This document shows positions 1 to 9,498 of a stretch of 64,000 bases of DNA, piece after piece. Where the stretch lies: positions 23,994 to 87,993 of the forward strand of contig DASXCL010000055.1 in assembly GCA_036491195.1 (NCBI GenBank), written 5' to 3'. Every line of letters starts with the position of its first letter. The stretch's first letter is position 1. The stretch comes from Candidatus Angelobacter sp. Its GTDB lineage: Bacteria > Acidobacteriota > Terriglobia > Terriglobales > Acidobacteriaceae. The position numbers and the translations under genes are program-made. The notes below the pieces were generated by a model. It saw nothing but the letters and a program-made list of their open reading frames with translations, was not told the DNA's origin and ran no database searches.

Positions 1-175
1 GACACGGAGAAAAGCAAGGCCGGCAGATCGGAAAAACCAAGAGCTCTGAAACGCGAGGAGCGGAGGAAGCGAGGAAGCGGAGAAGAGCAGGTGTGTGAGC
101 GAATCGAAGTATCAGCGCAATTTCGGCGATCTTTGGCAATATTGGCAGTTCTGGCAATTTGATTAAGGGGGTTAT

Positions 176-1393
176 ATGGATTTCATAGCGATATTAAGAA
201 TAGCGGTACGAGCTTTGACGAGAAACAAGATGCGTTCATTGCTCACGATGCTGGGCATTGTGATTGGCGTGGGAGCGGTGATCGCGACGGTGGGGCTGGG
301 GCAGGGCGCACAACAGCAGGTGCAGGACCAGATTGCGTCGATGGGGACCGATTTGTTGTATGTCAGCTCCGGCAGTGTAAATAAAGGCGGCATACGGCTG
401 GGTGGCGGTGCTACCAAGACCCTGGTGTATGACGATATGAAGGCGATTGAGCAGCAGATTTCAACTGTGGCGCAGGTTGCGCCGGGTGCAGGAGCGAGCG
501 TACAGGTTGTCGCCGACAATCAGAACTGGAGCACGCGCATTACCGGCACGGAGCCGCAATATTTTGACATCAGAAACTGGAACTTTGACCACGGCTCAAA
601 TTTCACGCAGGATGACGTGACCCGTGCGACCAATGTTGTCGTGCTGGGCGCAACGGTACAGCAGAACCTGTTTGGAAACGCCGATCCCACGGGGAAGACG
701 ATTCGCATCGGCAACCTGCCGTTTCAGGTCGTCGGAGTACTGCAGGCCAAGGGGCAATCCGGCATGGGACAGGACCAGGATGACGGCGTCTTTGTGCCTA
801 TCACCACGCTGCAGAAAAAGATTACGGGGCAAGACTGGCTGCAGTACATCATGGCGTCGGCCACGTCGCAGTCAGCCAGCTATGCGGCGCAAGGGCAGAT
901 TACTTCGTTATTGCGCGACCGGCATCGCATACGCGCAGGACAGGATGACGACTTTAGCGTGCGCAACCTGGCGGACGTCGCACAACTGGCGGACCAGTCT
1001 TCCAAAGTGATGACGCTGTTATTGGCCTCGATTGCCGGCGTGTCGCTGATTGTGGGAGGAATTGGAATCATGAATATCATGCTAGTTTCCGTGACCGAGA
1101 GAACGCGGGAAATTGGGATTAGGGTTGCGATTGGCGCCACGGAATCTGACGTGCTTCGCCAGTTCCTCAGTGAGTCGGTGGTGTTGAGCATGGCCGGAGG
1201 CATTCTCGGTATCTTGTTTGGTATTGCGTCTTCCATGACTATCACCAAGGTCCTGGGCTGGAGCATCTTGATTTCGCCCGTTGCGGTGGGAGCGGCGGTG
1301 GTGTTCTCGACTGCGGTGGGCATCTTCTTCGGATTTTACCCGGCCCGGAAGGCGGCCATGCTGGATCCGATAGAAGCTTTACGGTTTGAGTAG
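176..1393 (+). CDS. ABC transporter permease, MacB/FtsX family
   Basis: 405-aa ORF. N-terminal TM helix (LLTMLGIVIGVGAVIATVGLG), a ~230-aa periplasmic MacB_PCD-like region, and a C-terminal FtsX-type module with ERTREIGIRVAIGA and terminal DPIEALRFE. Purine-rich RBS (aaggggg) lies just upstream of the ATG. Confidence 0.85.
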   Translation: MDFIAILRIAVRALTRNKMRSLLTMLGIVIGVGAVIATVGLGQGAQQQVQDQIASMGTDLLYVSSGSVNKGGIRLGGGATKTLVYDDMKAIEQQISTVAQVAPGAGASVQVVADNQNWSTRITGTEPQYFDIRNWNFDHGSNFTQDDVTRATNVVVLGATVQQNLFGNADPTGKTIRIGNLPFQVVGVLQAKGQSGMGQDQDDGVFVPITTLQKKITGQDWLQYIMASATSQSASYAAQGQITSLLRDRHRIRAGQDDDFSVRNLADVAQLADQSSKVMTLLLASIAGVSLIVGGIGIMNIMLVSVTERTREIGIRVAIGATESDVLRQFLSESVVLSMAGGILGILFGIASSMTITKVLGWSILISPVAVGAAVVFSTAVGIFFGFYPARKAAMLDPIEALRFE

Positions 1394-1420
1394 GTCAACC
1401 CCCCTTACTCAATAACGAGT

Positions 1421-1455
1421 GGCCCGGTCTCTAGCAGAGCCGGGCCATTTTGTTT
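1421..1455 (+). terminator. Rho-independent terminator after the MacB-like gene
   Basis: GC-rich hairpin ggcccgg(t)ctc / gagccgggcc, followed by attttgttt, 28 nt after the stop codon. Confidence 0.6.
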
Positions 1456-1513
1456 GGGCGTGGATAGACGCGACCTCGGCGATCCCAGGTTGGGGGGAAG
1501 ATGCCGTTGATTG

Positions 1514-1786
1514 CTATGAGGGGTTCTCGAGAGCTTTTTCCGCGTGCATCGTCAAAGGCAGATCGAGTTTACGGGCCAGTCCGCTCAAGACCGCTTCCAG
1601 TGCGAGCACGTCTTCCATATCAGGTTCGGACTCGGCGGTTGCCGCCTGCATTGCCGCTACGGGATTTTCGATGAACAACAAAGCGTTCTCTTCGGATTGG
1701 CTGATCCAGACGTCCAACTCAGCATCGCACTGCATGAGCGCATGGAGAAGTCTCTCCGATCCACTCATGGGGGGAATTTGTGCCAC
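1514..1786 (-). CDS. hypothetical small acidic protein
   Basis: 90-aa ORF in an otherwise unassigned gap. Composition is plausible (acidic, helical-looking). I recognised no motif. Confidence 0.3.
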   Translation of the reverse strand: MAQIPPMSGSERLLHALMQCDAELDVWISQSEENALLFIENPVAAMQAATAESEPDMEDVLALEAVLSGLARKLDLPLTMHAEKALENPS

Positions 1787-2050
1787 AAAACACCTCTATC
1801 CGCTCTTGGATGCTTTAGACACGTGCAATCAGGCGTCGGGAACAGAAAAATTCCAGGATTTTCCAGGTTTCTTACAGAAAACTTGCTGCCTTACAAAACC
1901 ACACATTTCGTTACAGGGCTTTGGCAATCGTTACAAGGCTTTCAGAACCAACCTGTTAGAACGGGGTTTTTACAGACAGAACGAAGAAGCCTAAGACCTG
2001 AACCAGGGTGAAATGAAACAAGGCGGGCCTGGCTGAAATGGGAGGAAATT

Positions 2051-2371
2051 ATGAATCGTTTACGACTAATGTTGGTGGGTGCGGCACTTGTTACCGGAGG
2101 CTCGGCTTTGGCGTCAGCGCAAGTCATTCAACAGGATGTGGCCTACCACGATCGCGACCGCGACCGGGACCGCGATCGGGATCATGACAAGGACCGAGAT
2201 CGTGACCGCTATCGCAGGGACGACCGGGATCGCGACGACCGACGCTACGTTGACCGCGATGACCGCAGGTACGATCGCGGCCATTACGACCGCGGATATC
2301 ATGGCGGCTATCAACGGCGTTGGGACGGGCAGCGCTGGCTTTACTGGAATGGCCGCAATTGGGCTTACTAA
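2051..2371 (+). CDS. small secreted protein with Arg-Asp dipeptide repeats
   Basis: 106 aa. RBS gggagg sits 6-8 nt upstream. Sec-type signal peptide (MNRLRLMLVGAALVTGGSALASAQ). Mature part is dominated by DRDRDRDRDRDHDKDRDRDRYRRDDRDRDDRRY with a W/Y-rich C-terminus. A strong terminator follows. Confidence 0.6.
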   Translation: MNRLRLMLVGAALVTGGSALASAQVIQQDVAYHDRDRDRDRDRDHDKDRDRDRYRRDDRDRDDRRYVDRDDRRYDRGHYDRGYHGGYQRRWDGQRWLYWNGRNWAY

Positions 2372-2402
2372 CAATCGACGTTAGCTCTTTCTGAGAGCCA
2401 AA

Positions 2403-2442
2403 GGCGGAACGCGCACTAAAGGGCGTTCCGCCTTTTTGTTTT
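2403..2442 (+). terminator. Rho-independent terminator
   Basis: Perfect 9-bp stem ggcggaacg / cgttccgcc, followed by tttttgtttt. Confidence 0.7.
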
Positions 2443-2471
2443 CATTGAAGGGAAGGAAATCTTCCAGGTGC

Positions 2472-2786
2472 CTACTGATTCAAGTGAATATCTTCATGTT
2501 TCGCAGGCCGGAAGAGCCTAACTAAGTGATACGCACAATTGGGCCAGCAAAAGAAAGGCAGCCCGATCGCCGACAGCACAAGGCGAGTGGAAATATCTTC
2601 GGGTCGAAGCTGCCCTATCCATGCAAAACAGATGATGACAATAGTCCAGCGTACAGCTCGCATAGTGCCGTCAAGTTTTTCATCAAACTCACCTGCTCTG
2701 CGAATGGCCCAGCAAGGAAACCACAGAGCAAAAAGTTTGACAAAAACCGCCAAAGTGTTTTCAACCAACTGTTTCAAGTCCAACAA
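2472..2786 (-). CDS. small multi-pass membrane protein, candidate RHS-toxin immunity protein
   Basis: 104 aa with about 3 hydrophobic helices (AVFVKLFALWFPCWAI, WTIVIICFAWIGQL, LVLSAIGLPFFCWP). It starts 16 nt downstream of the RHS stop on the same strand and looks lower in GC than its neighbours. Confidence 0.5.
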   Translation of the reverse strand: MLDLKQLVENTLAVFVKLFALWFPCWAIRRAGEFDEKLDGTMRAVRWTIVIICFAWIGQLRPEDISTRLVLSAIGLPFFCWPNCAYHLVRLFRPAKHEDIHLNQ

Positions 2787-2801
2787 CTAGTATGATACCT
2801 C

Positions 2802-5800
2802 CTAAAGCGGGATGGAGCAGACCACAGCCGAAAAGCCAGATACTGAAAGATCGACTGGAAGCTTAATTACTTTTCCAAAAGCTTCCACTCCTTCTGTGGC
2901 GACGTTGGAGATGGAGCTCGCGATTGATCCGAACGGGAGATTAGTGATGGAGCTCTTGACTACCGTCAAAGAGAACGACGGTGCAGAAACAGTTGTTGCC
3001 GTAGTAGTGGTAATGGAGACATCCGGTATAACTGACGCAGCCGCTTGGGCTGCTTTTGGAGCTCCTCTCTCAATGGCCTGACTGGTTAAAAAAGATCCGA
3101 TTGCCCCCTCAAAGAAACCTATGCCCTCGGAAACGCTGTTGCTGAGGAAAGCATGGGCGACCAGTCCATTGCCCAGTTTCCCATGGCTCAAGCTCTGAAC
3201 GCCGCTTTGCAGGCTGAAGTCTTCGCCACCTTTCTTGACGCAATCAAAGAATTGCCTGGCTTTACCAGGTTTCTTTGGTCCGCGTCCGGGGGCTCCGCCG
3301 CCACCACCATCATCGCCACCAGAGATCGGCGCCGGCGGCCCGCCGCCAATTAAACCGGGAAAGTCAGGAGGCAGAATTTCCGTCACAACGGTATGACATA
3401 CGAAATTGCCATGTCCGTCATCACCACATACGGTCTCAAGTCCAAACGGATCTGAGCCATTTATAGGATCATCCAGGCTATAAGCCAGTCGGTTCCAGCT
3501 CTGCGGGTTTTCAAGAGATCCAATGAGAGGATCTGCCTGCATAAACCTGCCCGTTCTTAGGCTGTAGTAGCGAGAGTATGCGTAATCGGTGGTGCTTTCG
3601 GTTTCCTGCGTGTAAGTACTGAAATTATTTCGCGTAAAGAAACCGGAGCTGTACCAAAGTTCGCCGTAGGGATAGCCGCCGCGCTCGCCGGCCTGGTTGC
3701 CGCTTGCATCGGTAACTAATCTGACGGAGAGATTGTCAGGATGATAGAAGTCAAGCGTGCCGTTCCCGCCGATGGTGACCAGATATCTGCCGTCTTCCTG
3801 GAAAACATATTCCCGGCCGGGCGTCGGCGCCGCGCTGTTATTGAGATATTCCGCGATGATATGGCCCTGGGAAAAGATATAGTACGTAACAGTCCCGTCC
3901 GTTGCGATTTTTTTTGCCCGCAGCCCGTTCCCATCATAGGCAAAGCTAGACGTGCCATTTCCGGAGAAGTTCACCAGCCTGTCGTCCGCGTCATAAGCGT
4001 AGGAAAAGTTTATGATCGGCTCCAACGTGAGATTGCCATTGGCATCGTACGTATATCCGGTGATGTGGTTGGTTGCGGCATCCACCGGAGCGGACTGGGA
4101 TGGCGCACTGCCCGCCGTTACAGTCTGGTTTGTGCGGTTGGCATATCGGTCGTAGGCAAATGACAGCCCCCATTTAGCAAACGATGCCGAGCCACTGGTA
4201 ACCGCGGTTTGCAGCCTTCTCAGCGCGTCATAGGTGTAGGTCAATGAGCGTCCCGCCTGGACATTGTCGGTTGCCTGGGTCACCTCACCATTGTTTCCGC
4301 CATTTTGCGTATGGCCGTATCCAACGCTGAACAAGGTTTGCGCCGGATTGGAGTATGACATCGAGGTCAGTTGGAAATTGTGAGGATTGAAGCCGTAGGC
4401 AGCCGTTATATTGTTCCCATAAGTAAGCCCGGTCACTTTCAGAGCTGGATTATAAGCGTAATTGCTCGCGTATGTGGTGTTAACGCCACTCTTGGTTCCC
4501 GTTACCGACGCCGAGCGCCCGAATGAATCATGATTCTGGGTAATGATGCGCCCTGACGGGTAGGTGGTGGAGGCGATCTGATTACCAAGATCATATCCGT
4601 AGCCGATGTTGTAGGTCCGGGTTGAAATTACTCGTGCGATATTGGTGGTGCGGCCGAGCAAATCATAAGAGTAGGTTTCCGAACCTAATCCGTCGGTCAT
4701 CGTAAGCAGCCGCCCGTTGTTGAAGCTGGCCGGAGCGCTGCCATAAGCATAACTCACCGTGGGAGTGGCGGGAACGCCGGTAGCGCCGACGTTATAGCTG
4801 GCCTGGGTCAAGCGGTTCATCAAGTCATAACTGTAGGTTGTCACCACGCCTCGCGCATCGGTGCGCTGCGAGGGTAAGTTAAATTGATTGAAGACGTAAT
4901 TCACGGTCCCCGATTCAGGTGTCTGTACCTGGATCGGACGCCCGGCGTCATCGTAGACATAGCTTCGCGTCTGCGATCCCTGGCTGATCTGTTTCAATTC
5001 ATCGCGAACCGTGTAAGCATATGAGGTAACTTGTGTAAGAGCATTCCCATTGGTGACGTCCGGCTCCGTTACCGCTTGAATGCGTCCCAGACTGTCCAAT
5101 TGATACAAAATCTGCTTACCCGTTGCGTCGGTAATCGTAAGCATATTGCCGGAATACGCATATGAAGTAGCCGTATTGCTAGAGACGCCATCGGCAGGCT
5201 CGATGACAGTGGTGGTTCTTGAGTTAGCATCATAGTGCGTTTCAGTGAAATCGCTGGCGCTCCCAACATAAGGTTCGCTTACTTTGAAAATGTTGCCGAT
5301 GGGATCATAGATAGTGTCTACATTTGAAATGACCGTTGCGGCATTATTGGCAATCGTCTGGCGGACCTGACGTGCAAGGCCGTCAAAGTCTGTAATGTCG
5401 CGGCGGCGATCGGTGCCTTGGACAGGTGTTTCGGCGGTAACTGTTACATTCGTATCGTCATACGCGAAGGTAATATTTTGGTTGTCAGGCCGGGTGACCT
5501 GCGTAATCCGATTGAAAGGAACATCATAGGCGAATGTTGTCTTCTGGTTGTTCTCATCGGTGAGCGTGGTTATTGTTCCGGTGAACGCATTGTACGTGAA
5601 GAACTGGCTGGTGGAGGGGCCGGAGACCGGACCGCAAATGATAGCATCAGGAAAAGCAAACTGCGTAGTCGAGGAAAAAGAAAACCGCTGCAACTGACAG
5701 ACGTTGGAATCAGCCTGGATCAGGTTGCCCAGCGAATCATAAGACCGGTGTCTGACGATTGCGCCGCTGGGCACCGCTGCATTAGTGTAAGTGGTTATTG

Positions 5801-7397
5801 TAGTAGGGTTACCGCGGGACAAAAAGCTGCACCCATAGTTTGTATCGTCATGACCAGGTGGGGGTGAAGTAATACAGCTGTAATTGGCTGGTTCATCATA
5901 GGTAATGTCAGCCCGGGACTCGATCAGGCCCATAGGGCTTCCGTCATGTACCGTGATGTTAGTGGGGCGGTTGACTAGGCCAATCGGACTCATTGGGGGA
6001 AGATATCCGATGCTGGTGGATCGGATTGCGGATCCGGGAGTTCCTGTGCCCCAGTCAAACTCGCGCAAGCCGGTAAGGTTTCCGAAATTATCGAAATCAG
6101 TTTCCACCCGCGAAACCTTTGAGCCGACGGTGTTATTGGTCGCGGCTGGAGTATTGTTGGCTGCGTATGTAAGATCCAGTTGCTTCAGCAGGGTGCCCCC
6201 GGCCGCTCCCTGGTAGATCTTTTGCGAGGACAGCATGCCATTGGCGAATAAATACGTGGACTGGTTTGGAGCGGCATCATAAGGCTGTTGCGGGAAGGTC
6301 ACCGTAGTTGTACCGGCTCCATCCCTGGCGAAGATCCAGGTGCTGGTGTTCACGCCATCATTGAGCAGCCGGGTCAATGACATGTAACTGCCATCGCTGC
6401 AATTGATACCCTTATTCCCGGTAGTCGGGTAATCGTATTCATAGAAACCGCCTGTTGGCAATGTGACTCGTTGCAGGCGCAGGTTGCCAGATTCATAGGT
6501 AAATGTGTATGACCGTCCATTGGGGAGTTGAAGCTGGGTAGGGAGATTGACGGACGCCGTACCGGACGGTGGAAATTCCGGTACTCCGGGACAGCCGAAG
6601 CTGGTGCTGACGGGAAATGAGGTAAGTGTAAGTATGTATTGTTGGTATGTCCCGTTTTCATCAAGGACGGAATACGTTTTTTGCGAGAAGCCCCCAGAGA
6701 TTTTCAATACCAGATGACCCAGCGTGTCCGTATAGTCAGTTTCCGTGCACCCTGAGAATCCGCAACGTTGTGTTCTCGAAATGAAATTACCGTTGGCATC
6801 AGTCATGGAGAGCTGCGGACTTATGACCTTGGTTCCCGAAGGACTGAAAACGTTGGACAAATTGGATCCGCCCCCGGCTAGGACAATGGAATATCCGCTA
6901 TTATCGGTGGCCACTCCGGTCAAAACTCCGGTCTCCTGCCCAGTACAAGGGTCAATTTGCTCAAAGACACTGAAGGGATGTGGAGTTCCCGCCGGATCGA
7001 TATAGCGGTAATTGTTAAAAGTAGTTTCTCCGGTCTGTACGGACCCGCAGAAAACAGTCGTGAAAACCGTTTGGTTATCGATAAATCCGATCATGTTGTC
7101 CAGCCGCCAGCCCAAGCTTGTGGTAATCGGCTCAAGAAAAGTCCATCCGCTGGGTCCCGGCTGCCAGATGATTGAGTCATAGGTCAAAGCAATATTGAAG
7201 TCAAGTCCCCGCCCCTTGACGTGAGCGATGGGGATGGAAAAGTTGGTATTGAGTATTCCTCGGTTGATGCCATCAAACGTTCCATTTTCAAATGATCCGT
7301 AGGGAGGAAAACCAGTGATGGCTGGCGCTGTTTGAGCGGCGCTGATAACACAAGTAAGAAAGAAGAAGGGAAGGAGGAGACGAGCGGATCGTAGCAT
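2802..7397 (-). CDS. RHS/YD-repeat polymorphic toxin with Sec signal peptide and unassigned C-terminal toxin domain
   Basis: 1531 aa. Signal peptide MLRSARLLLPFFFLTCVISAAQT. Many YD/RHS repeats (YSYDLMNRLTQ, YSYDLLGRTT, YTYDALRRLQ, YTYDANGNLT, YAYDADDRLV, FAYDGNGLRAKK). RHS core end is RYYSLRTGRFMQADPL...NGSDPFGLE (DPFGLE encoded at 3435-3452), followed by a 210-aa variable tail. Confidence 0.9.
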   Translation of the reverse strand: MLRSARLLLPFFFLTCVISAAQTAPAITGFPPYGSFENGTFDGINRGILNTNFSIPIAHVKGRGLDFNIALTYDSIIWQPGPSGWTFLEPITTSLGWRLDNMIGFIDNQTVFTTVFCGSVQTGETTFNNYRYIDPAGTPHPFSVFEQIDPCTGQETGVLTGVATDNSGYSIVLAGGGSNLSNVFSPSGTKVISPQLSMTDANGNFISRTQRCGFSGCTETDYTDTLGHLVLKISGGFSQKTYSVLDENGTYQQYILTLTSFPVSTSFGCPGVPEFPPSGTASVNLPTQLQLPNGRSYTFTYESGNLRLQRVTLPTGGFYEYDYPTTGNKGINCSDGSYMSLTRLLNDGVNTSTWIFARDGAGTTTVTFPQQPYDAAPNQSTYLFANGMLSSQKIYQGAAGGTLLKQLDLTYAANNTPAATNNTVGSKVSRVETDFDNFGNLTGLREFDWGTGTPGSAIRSTSIGYLPPMSPIGLVNRPTNITVHDGSPMGLIESRADITYDEPANYSCITSPPPGHDDTNYGCSFLSRGNPTTITTYTNAAVPSGAIVRHRSYDSLGNLIQADSNVCQLQRFSFSSTTQFAFPDAIICGPVSGPSTSQFFTYNAFTGTITTLTDENNQKTTFAYDVPFNRITQVTRPDNQNITFAYDDTNVTVTAETPVQGTDRRRDITDFDGLARQVRQTIANNAATVISNVDTIYDPIGNIFKVSEPYVGSASDFTETHYDANSRTTTVIEPADGVSSNTATSYAYSGNMLTITDATGKQILYQLDSLGRIQAVTEPDVTNGNALTQVTSYAYTVRDELKQISQGSQTRSYVYDDAGRPIQVQTPESGTVNYVFNQFNLPSQRTDARGVVTTYSYDLMNRLTQASYNVGATGVPATPTVSYAYGSAPASFNNGRLLTMTDGLGSETYSYDLLGRTTNIARVISTRTYNIGYGYDLGNQIASTTYPSGRIITQNHDSFGRSASVTGTKSGVNTTYASNYAYNPALKVTGLTYGNNITAAYGFNPHNFQLTSMSYSNPAQTLFSVGYGHTQNGGNNGEVTQATDNVQAGRSLTYTYDALRRLQTAVTSGSASFAKWGLSFAYDRYANRTNQTVTAGSAPSQSAPVDAATNHITGYTYDANGNLTLEPIINFSYAYDADDRLVNFSGNGTSSFAYDGNGLRAKKIATDGTVTYYIFSQGHIIAEYLNNSAAPTPGREYVFQEDGRYLVTIGGNGTLDFYHPDNLSVRLVTDASGNQAGERGGYPYGELWYSSGFFTRNNFSTYTQETESTTDYAYSRYYSLRTGRFMQADPLIGSLENPQSWNRLAYSLDDPINGSDPFGLETVCGDDGHGNFVCHTVVTEILPPDFPGLIGGGPPAPISGGDDGGGGGAPGRGPKKPGKARQFFDCVKKGGEDFSLQSGVQSLSHGKLGNGLVAHAFLSNSVSEGIGFFEGAIGSFLTSQAIERGAPKAAQAAASVIPDVSITTTTATTVSAPSFSLTVVKSSITNLPFGSIASSISNVATEGVEAFGKVIKLPVDLSVSGFSAVVCSIPL

Positions 7398-7665
7398 TGG
7401 AAAGCTCCCGAGATTCGAAAATATGAAACGGGGCCCGGCAGAGCTCCTGGGCAGGAACTCTGATAGTTAGACTAAGAGTGATCGAGGCAAATGAGGGTTG
7501 CCCTTAGAAAATAAAAAGTTGTGGATAGTTCCAAAATGAGAATGCCGTTCAAAAGGGGTGGACAACAGGAAGGCACCTTGAAGCGGGATAGAATTTAGAT
7601 ACTATTAGAATGGAAATGAAATGCTTCTGGGATGAAATGATGAAGGCACGTAAATGGAGATCAAC

Positions 7666-7699
7666 AAAAAACCAGGAGCAGCATTCGTCTGCTCCTGGT
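7666..7699 (-). terminator. Rho-independent terminator of the repeat lipoprotein gene
   Basis: 11-bp perfect stem accaggagcag / ctgctcctggt (7671-7681 / 7689-7699). On the minus strand it is followed by tttttt, 13 nt after the stop at 7712. Confidence 0.75.
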
Positions 7700-7711
7700 T
7701 TCTCGCTCTAG

Positions 7712-9178
7712 TCACTGGTGGCGGATATCGCCGGCCGCAACCAGCCCTTTATCCAGTTCGACAAAGACTGCCCTGGTCCCGTTTACCAGATACACGGCCA
7801 GGTTTTGCGTTCCCAGTGACGTTTTCAGAGCCATCGTGGTGCGGCCGTTCGCCGCGGTTGAAAATGTCCCGGAGAGCGGTTGTCCAAAGGTGATACCGCC
7901 GGAGTTATTGAGGTCAATGATGCCGCTGACCTTGCTGACGCCATCAGCCGTGAATTCCGCAATTGAATCCAGCTCTGAGCTTGAGTGGGGGACCGAGGCG
8001 GTGAAGTTCAATCCATAAGTCCCCGATAGAGTTGCGTTGGAGAACGCCGTGGCCTGCTGCTGCAGTGCGGAGCCGCTCGTCACGAATTGGGCGTCGGTTT
8101 CGAGCACCAGCACGCCGCCGCTGGAAGGGTAGATGACAAAAGTGAACGCGCCGGCGGTTGTGTTCAGGGTCATCGTCGCGCGCCCGCTCGGGGCCATGGA
8201 ATAGGTCCCGGAAAATGTAGCGTTCGGGGTGGTCGCCCCTCCGTCATTAAAATCTTCCACGCCGCCGCTGATGTTGCCAGCGCCGTCTGAAGTCAGGACT
8301 CCGCCGGCGGCAAATGGGACGCCATTGAACACATCAGCCCCGGCGATGGTGAAAGCGAACGGTCCGGACACCGATGCGTTGGTGAACGGGCCAGTCTGGC
8401 GGAACGCTTCGCCGCCCAGGGCCGGCAGCGCCGTTGTTCCCACCAGCTTGATATGGTTCGCATCCACAACGTAGTATGCAAAACTTAGTGCGCCCTTTAC
8501 GGTGTTCAGGGTTGCTGTGCCGCGGCCTGTCGCAGCCACGGGGATGGAACCGCTCATGGGATCGCTGGTAACAATCACGCCGTTGTCGTTGGAGTCGTCA
8601 GTTCCCGTCGTCAGGGTGCCGGCATTGTCAGCCGTAAAGTTACCGGCGATCGCCAGAGGAAGCCCGGCGGAATCGATTCCTGAAACGCTGATGGCAAATG
8701 TCCCCGCCAGGGCAGCGTTGGAAAATGCGGAACTCGTCTGCTGGTCGATTGTTCCGCTGCCGGTGGCGCTGGCATCAAAACGCGTCACCAGCGCGTGTCC
8801 GCCGGAAACGATCACAAAATCCAGAGTGGTGTTTCCAGCAGTCGAATTCAAGGTTATCGAGCCTCGTCCATCCGCGAGGACCTTGTATGTGCCGCTAACG
8901 GCAACGCTAACCGGGGCGTTTAGCTGGCCGCTATTGATGTCCTGGTTACCGGAGGTGATATGGCCATTGCCATCGGCCTGAATGCTGCCGGCCACAGCCA
9001 GGAACCCGGCGCCGTCCGTCCCGGTATAGGAAAACGCAAACGCGCCGCTGAAGTTTGCGTTTGTAAACGTGCCTTGCGGCGTTGGGAAGCTCAGGTTATT
9101 CCCTCCACCGCAACCTGTAACGATTAAGACGACGATGATCGTGGCAATAAAGAGAGGAAAACGCTTGCTTGCCGGCAT
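7712..9178 (-). CDS. lipoprotein built of four tandem ~115-aa repeats, function unknown
   Basis: I trimmed the start to MPASKRF (ATG at 9178). Signal and lipobox IVVLIVTGC. Four-fold internal repeat anchored by FTNANFSGAFAFSYTG / FSNAALAGTFAISVSG / FTNASVSGPFAFTIAG / FSNATLSGTYGLNFTA, each followed by ADG.G.I..G..D.N and GTY....GR.T..L. Confidence 0.75.
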   Translation of the reverse strand: MPASKRFPLFIATIIVVLIVTGCGGGNNLSFPTPQGTFTNANFSGAFAFSYTGTDGAGFLAVAGSIQADGNGHITSGNQDINSGQLNAPVSVAVSGTYKVLADGRGSITLNSTAGNTTLDFVIVSGGHALVTRFDASATGSGTIDQQTSSAFSNAALAGTFAISVSGIDSAGLPLAIAGNFTADNAGTLTTGTDDSNDNGVIVTSDPMSGSIPVAATGRGTATLNTVKGALSFAYYVVDANHIKLVGTTALPALGGEAFRQTGPFTNASVSGPFAFTIAGADVFNGVPFAAGGVLTSDGAGNISGGVEDFNDGGATTPNATFSGTYSMAPSGRATMTLNTTAGAFTFVIYPSSGGVLVLETDAQFVTSGSALQQQATAFSNATLSGTYGLNFTASVPHSSSELDSIAEFTADGVSKVSGIIDLNNSGGITFGQPLSGTFSTAANGRTTMALKTSLGTQNLAVYLVNGTRAVFVELDKGLVAAGDIRHQ

Positions 9179-9498
9179 TTTTCTACCTCGCGCGTATCGA
9201 AGGATTACTACATTGAAAACAGTGGACCAGAAATCGCTCGGGTGGCTGAAAACTCCCAAACCGGGCCCGAAGACAGATGTAACACGGCATTGACCCGCTT
9301 GTTGCGCAAAAAGCAGGTGGTCTGCGGCTTACTTTGGTGGCTGATCATTTAAACTTTTGGATATTGGGGTATGTCGAGAGATGTGATGCTCACAAACGTA
9401 CGCCAGGCCATTGTCCAGCGGTAAAGTTTTGTTAAATGACTGGGCCATTTATAATATAAGGATAGTTGACCTCATAATATCCCTGGAGCTTTCCACCC

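Noticed and set aside
2079-2384. Alternative-frame ORFs (101 aa plus strand, 86 aa minus strand) over the RD-repeat gene
   Set aside because: They are products of the same trinucleotide-like repeat. Only the 2051 frame has an RBS, a signal peptide and a terminator in the right places.
2802-7397. RHS protein as a T6SS effector
   Set aside because: No VgrG, PAAR, Hcp or Tss genes are in the window, and the protein has a classical Sec signal peptide rather than a PAAR or T6SS-adaptor N-terminus. The delivery route is left open.
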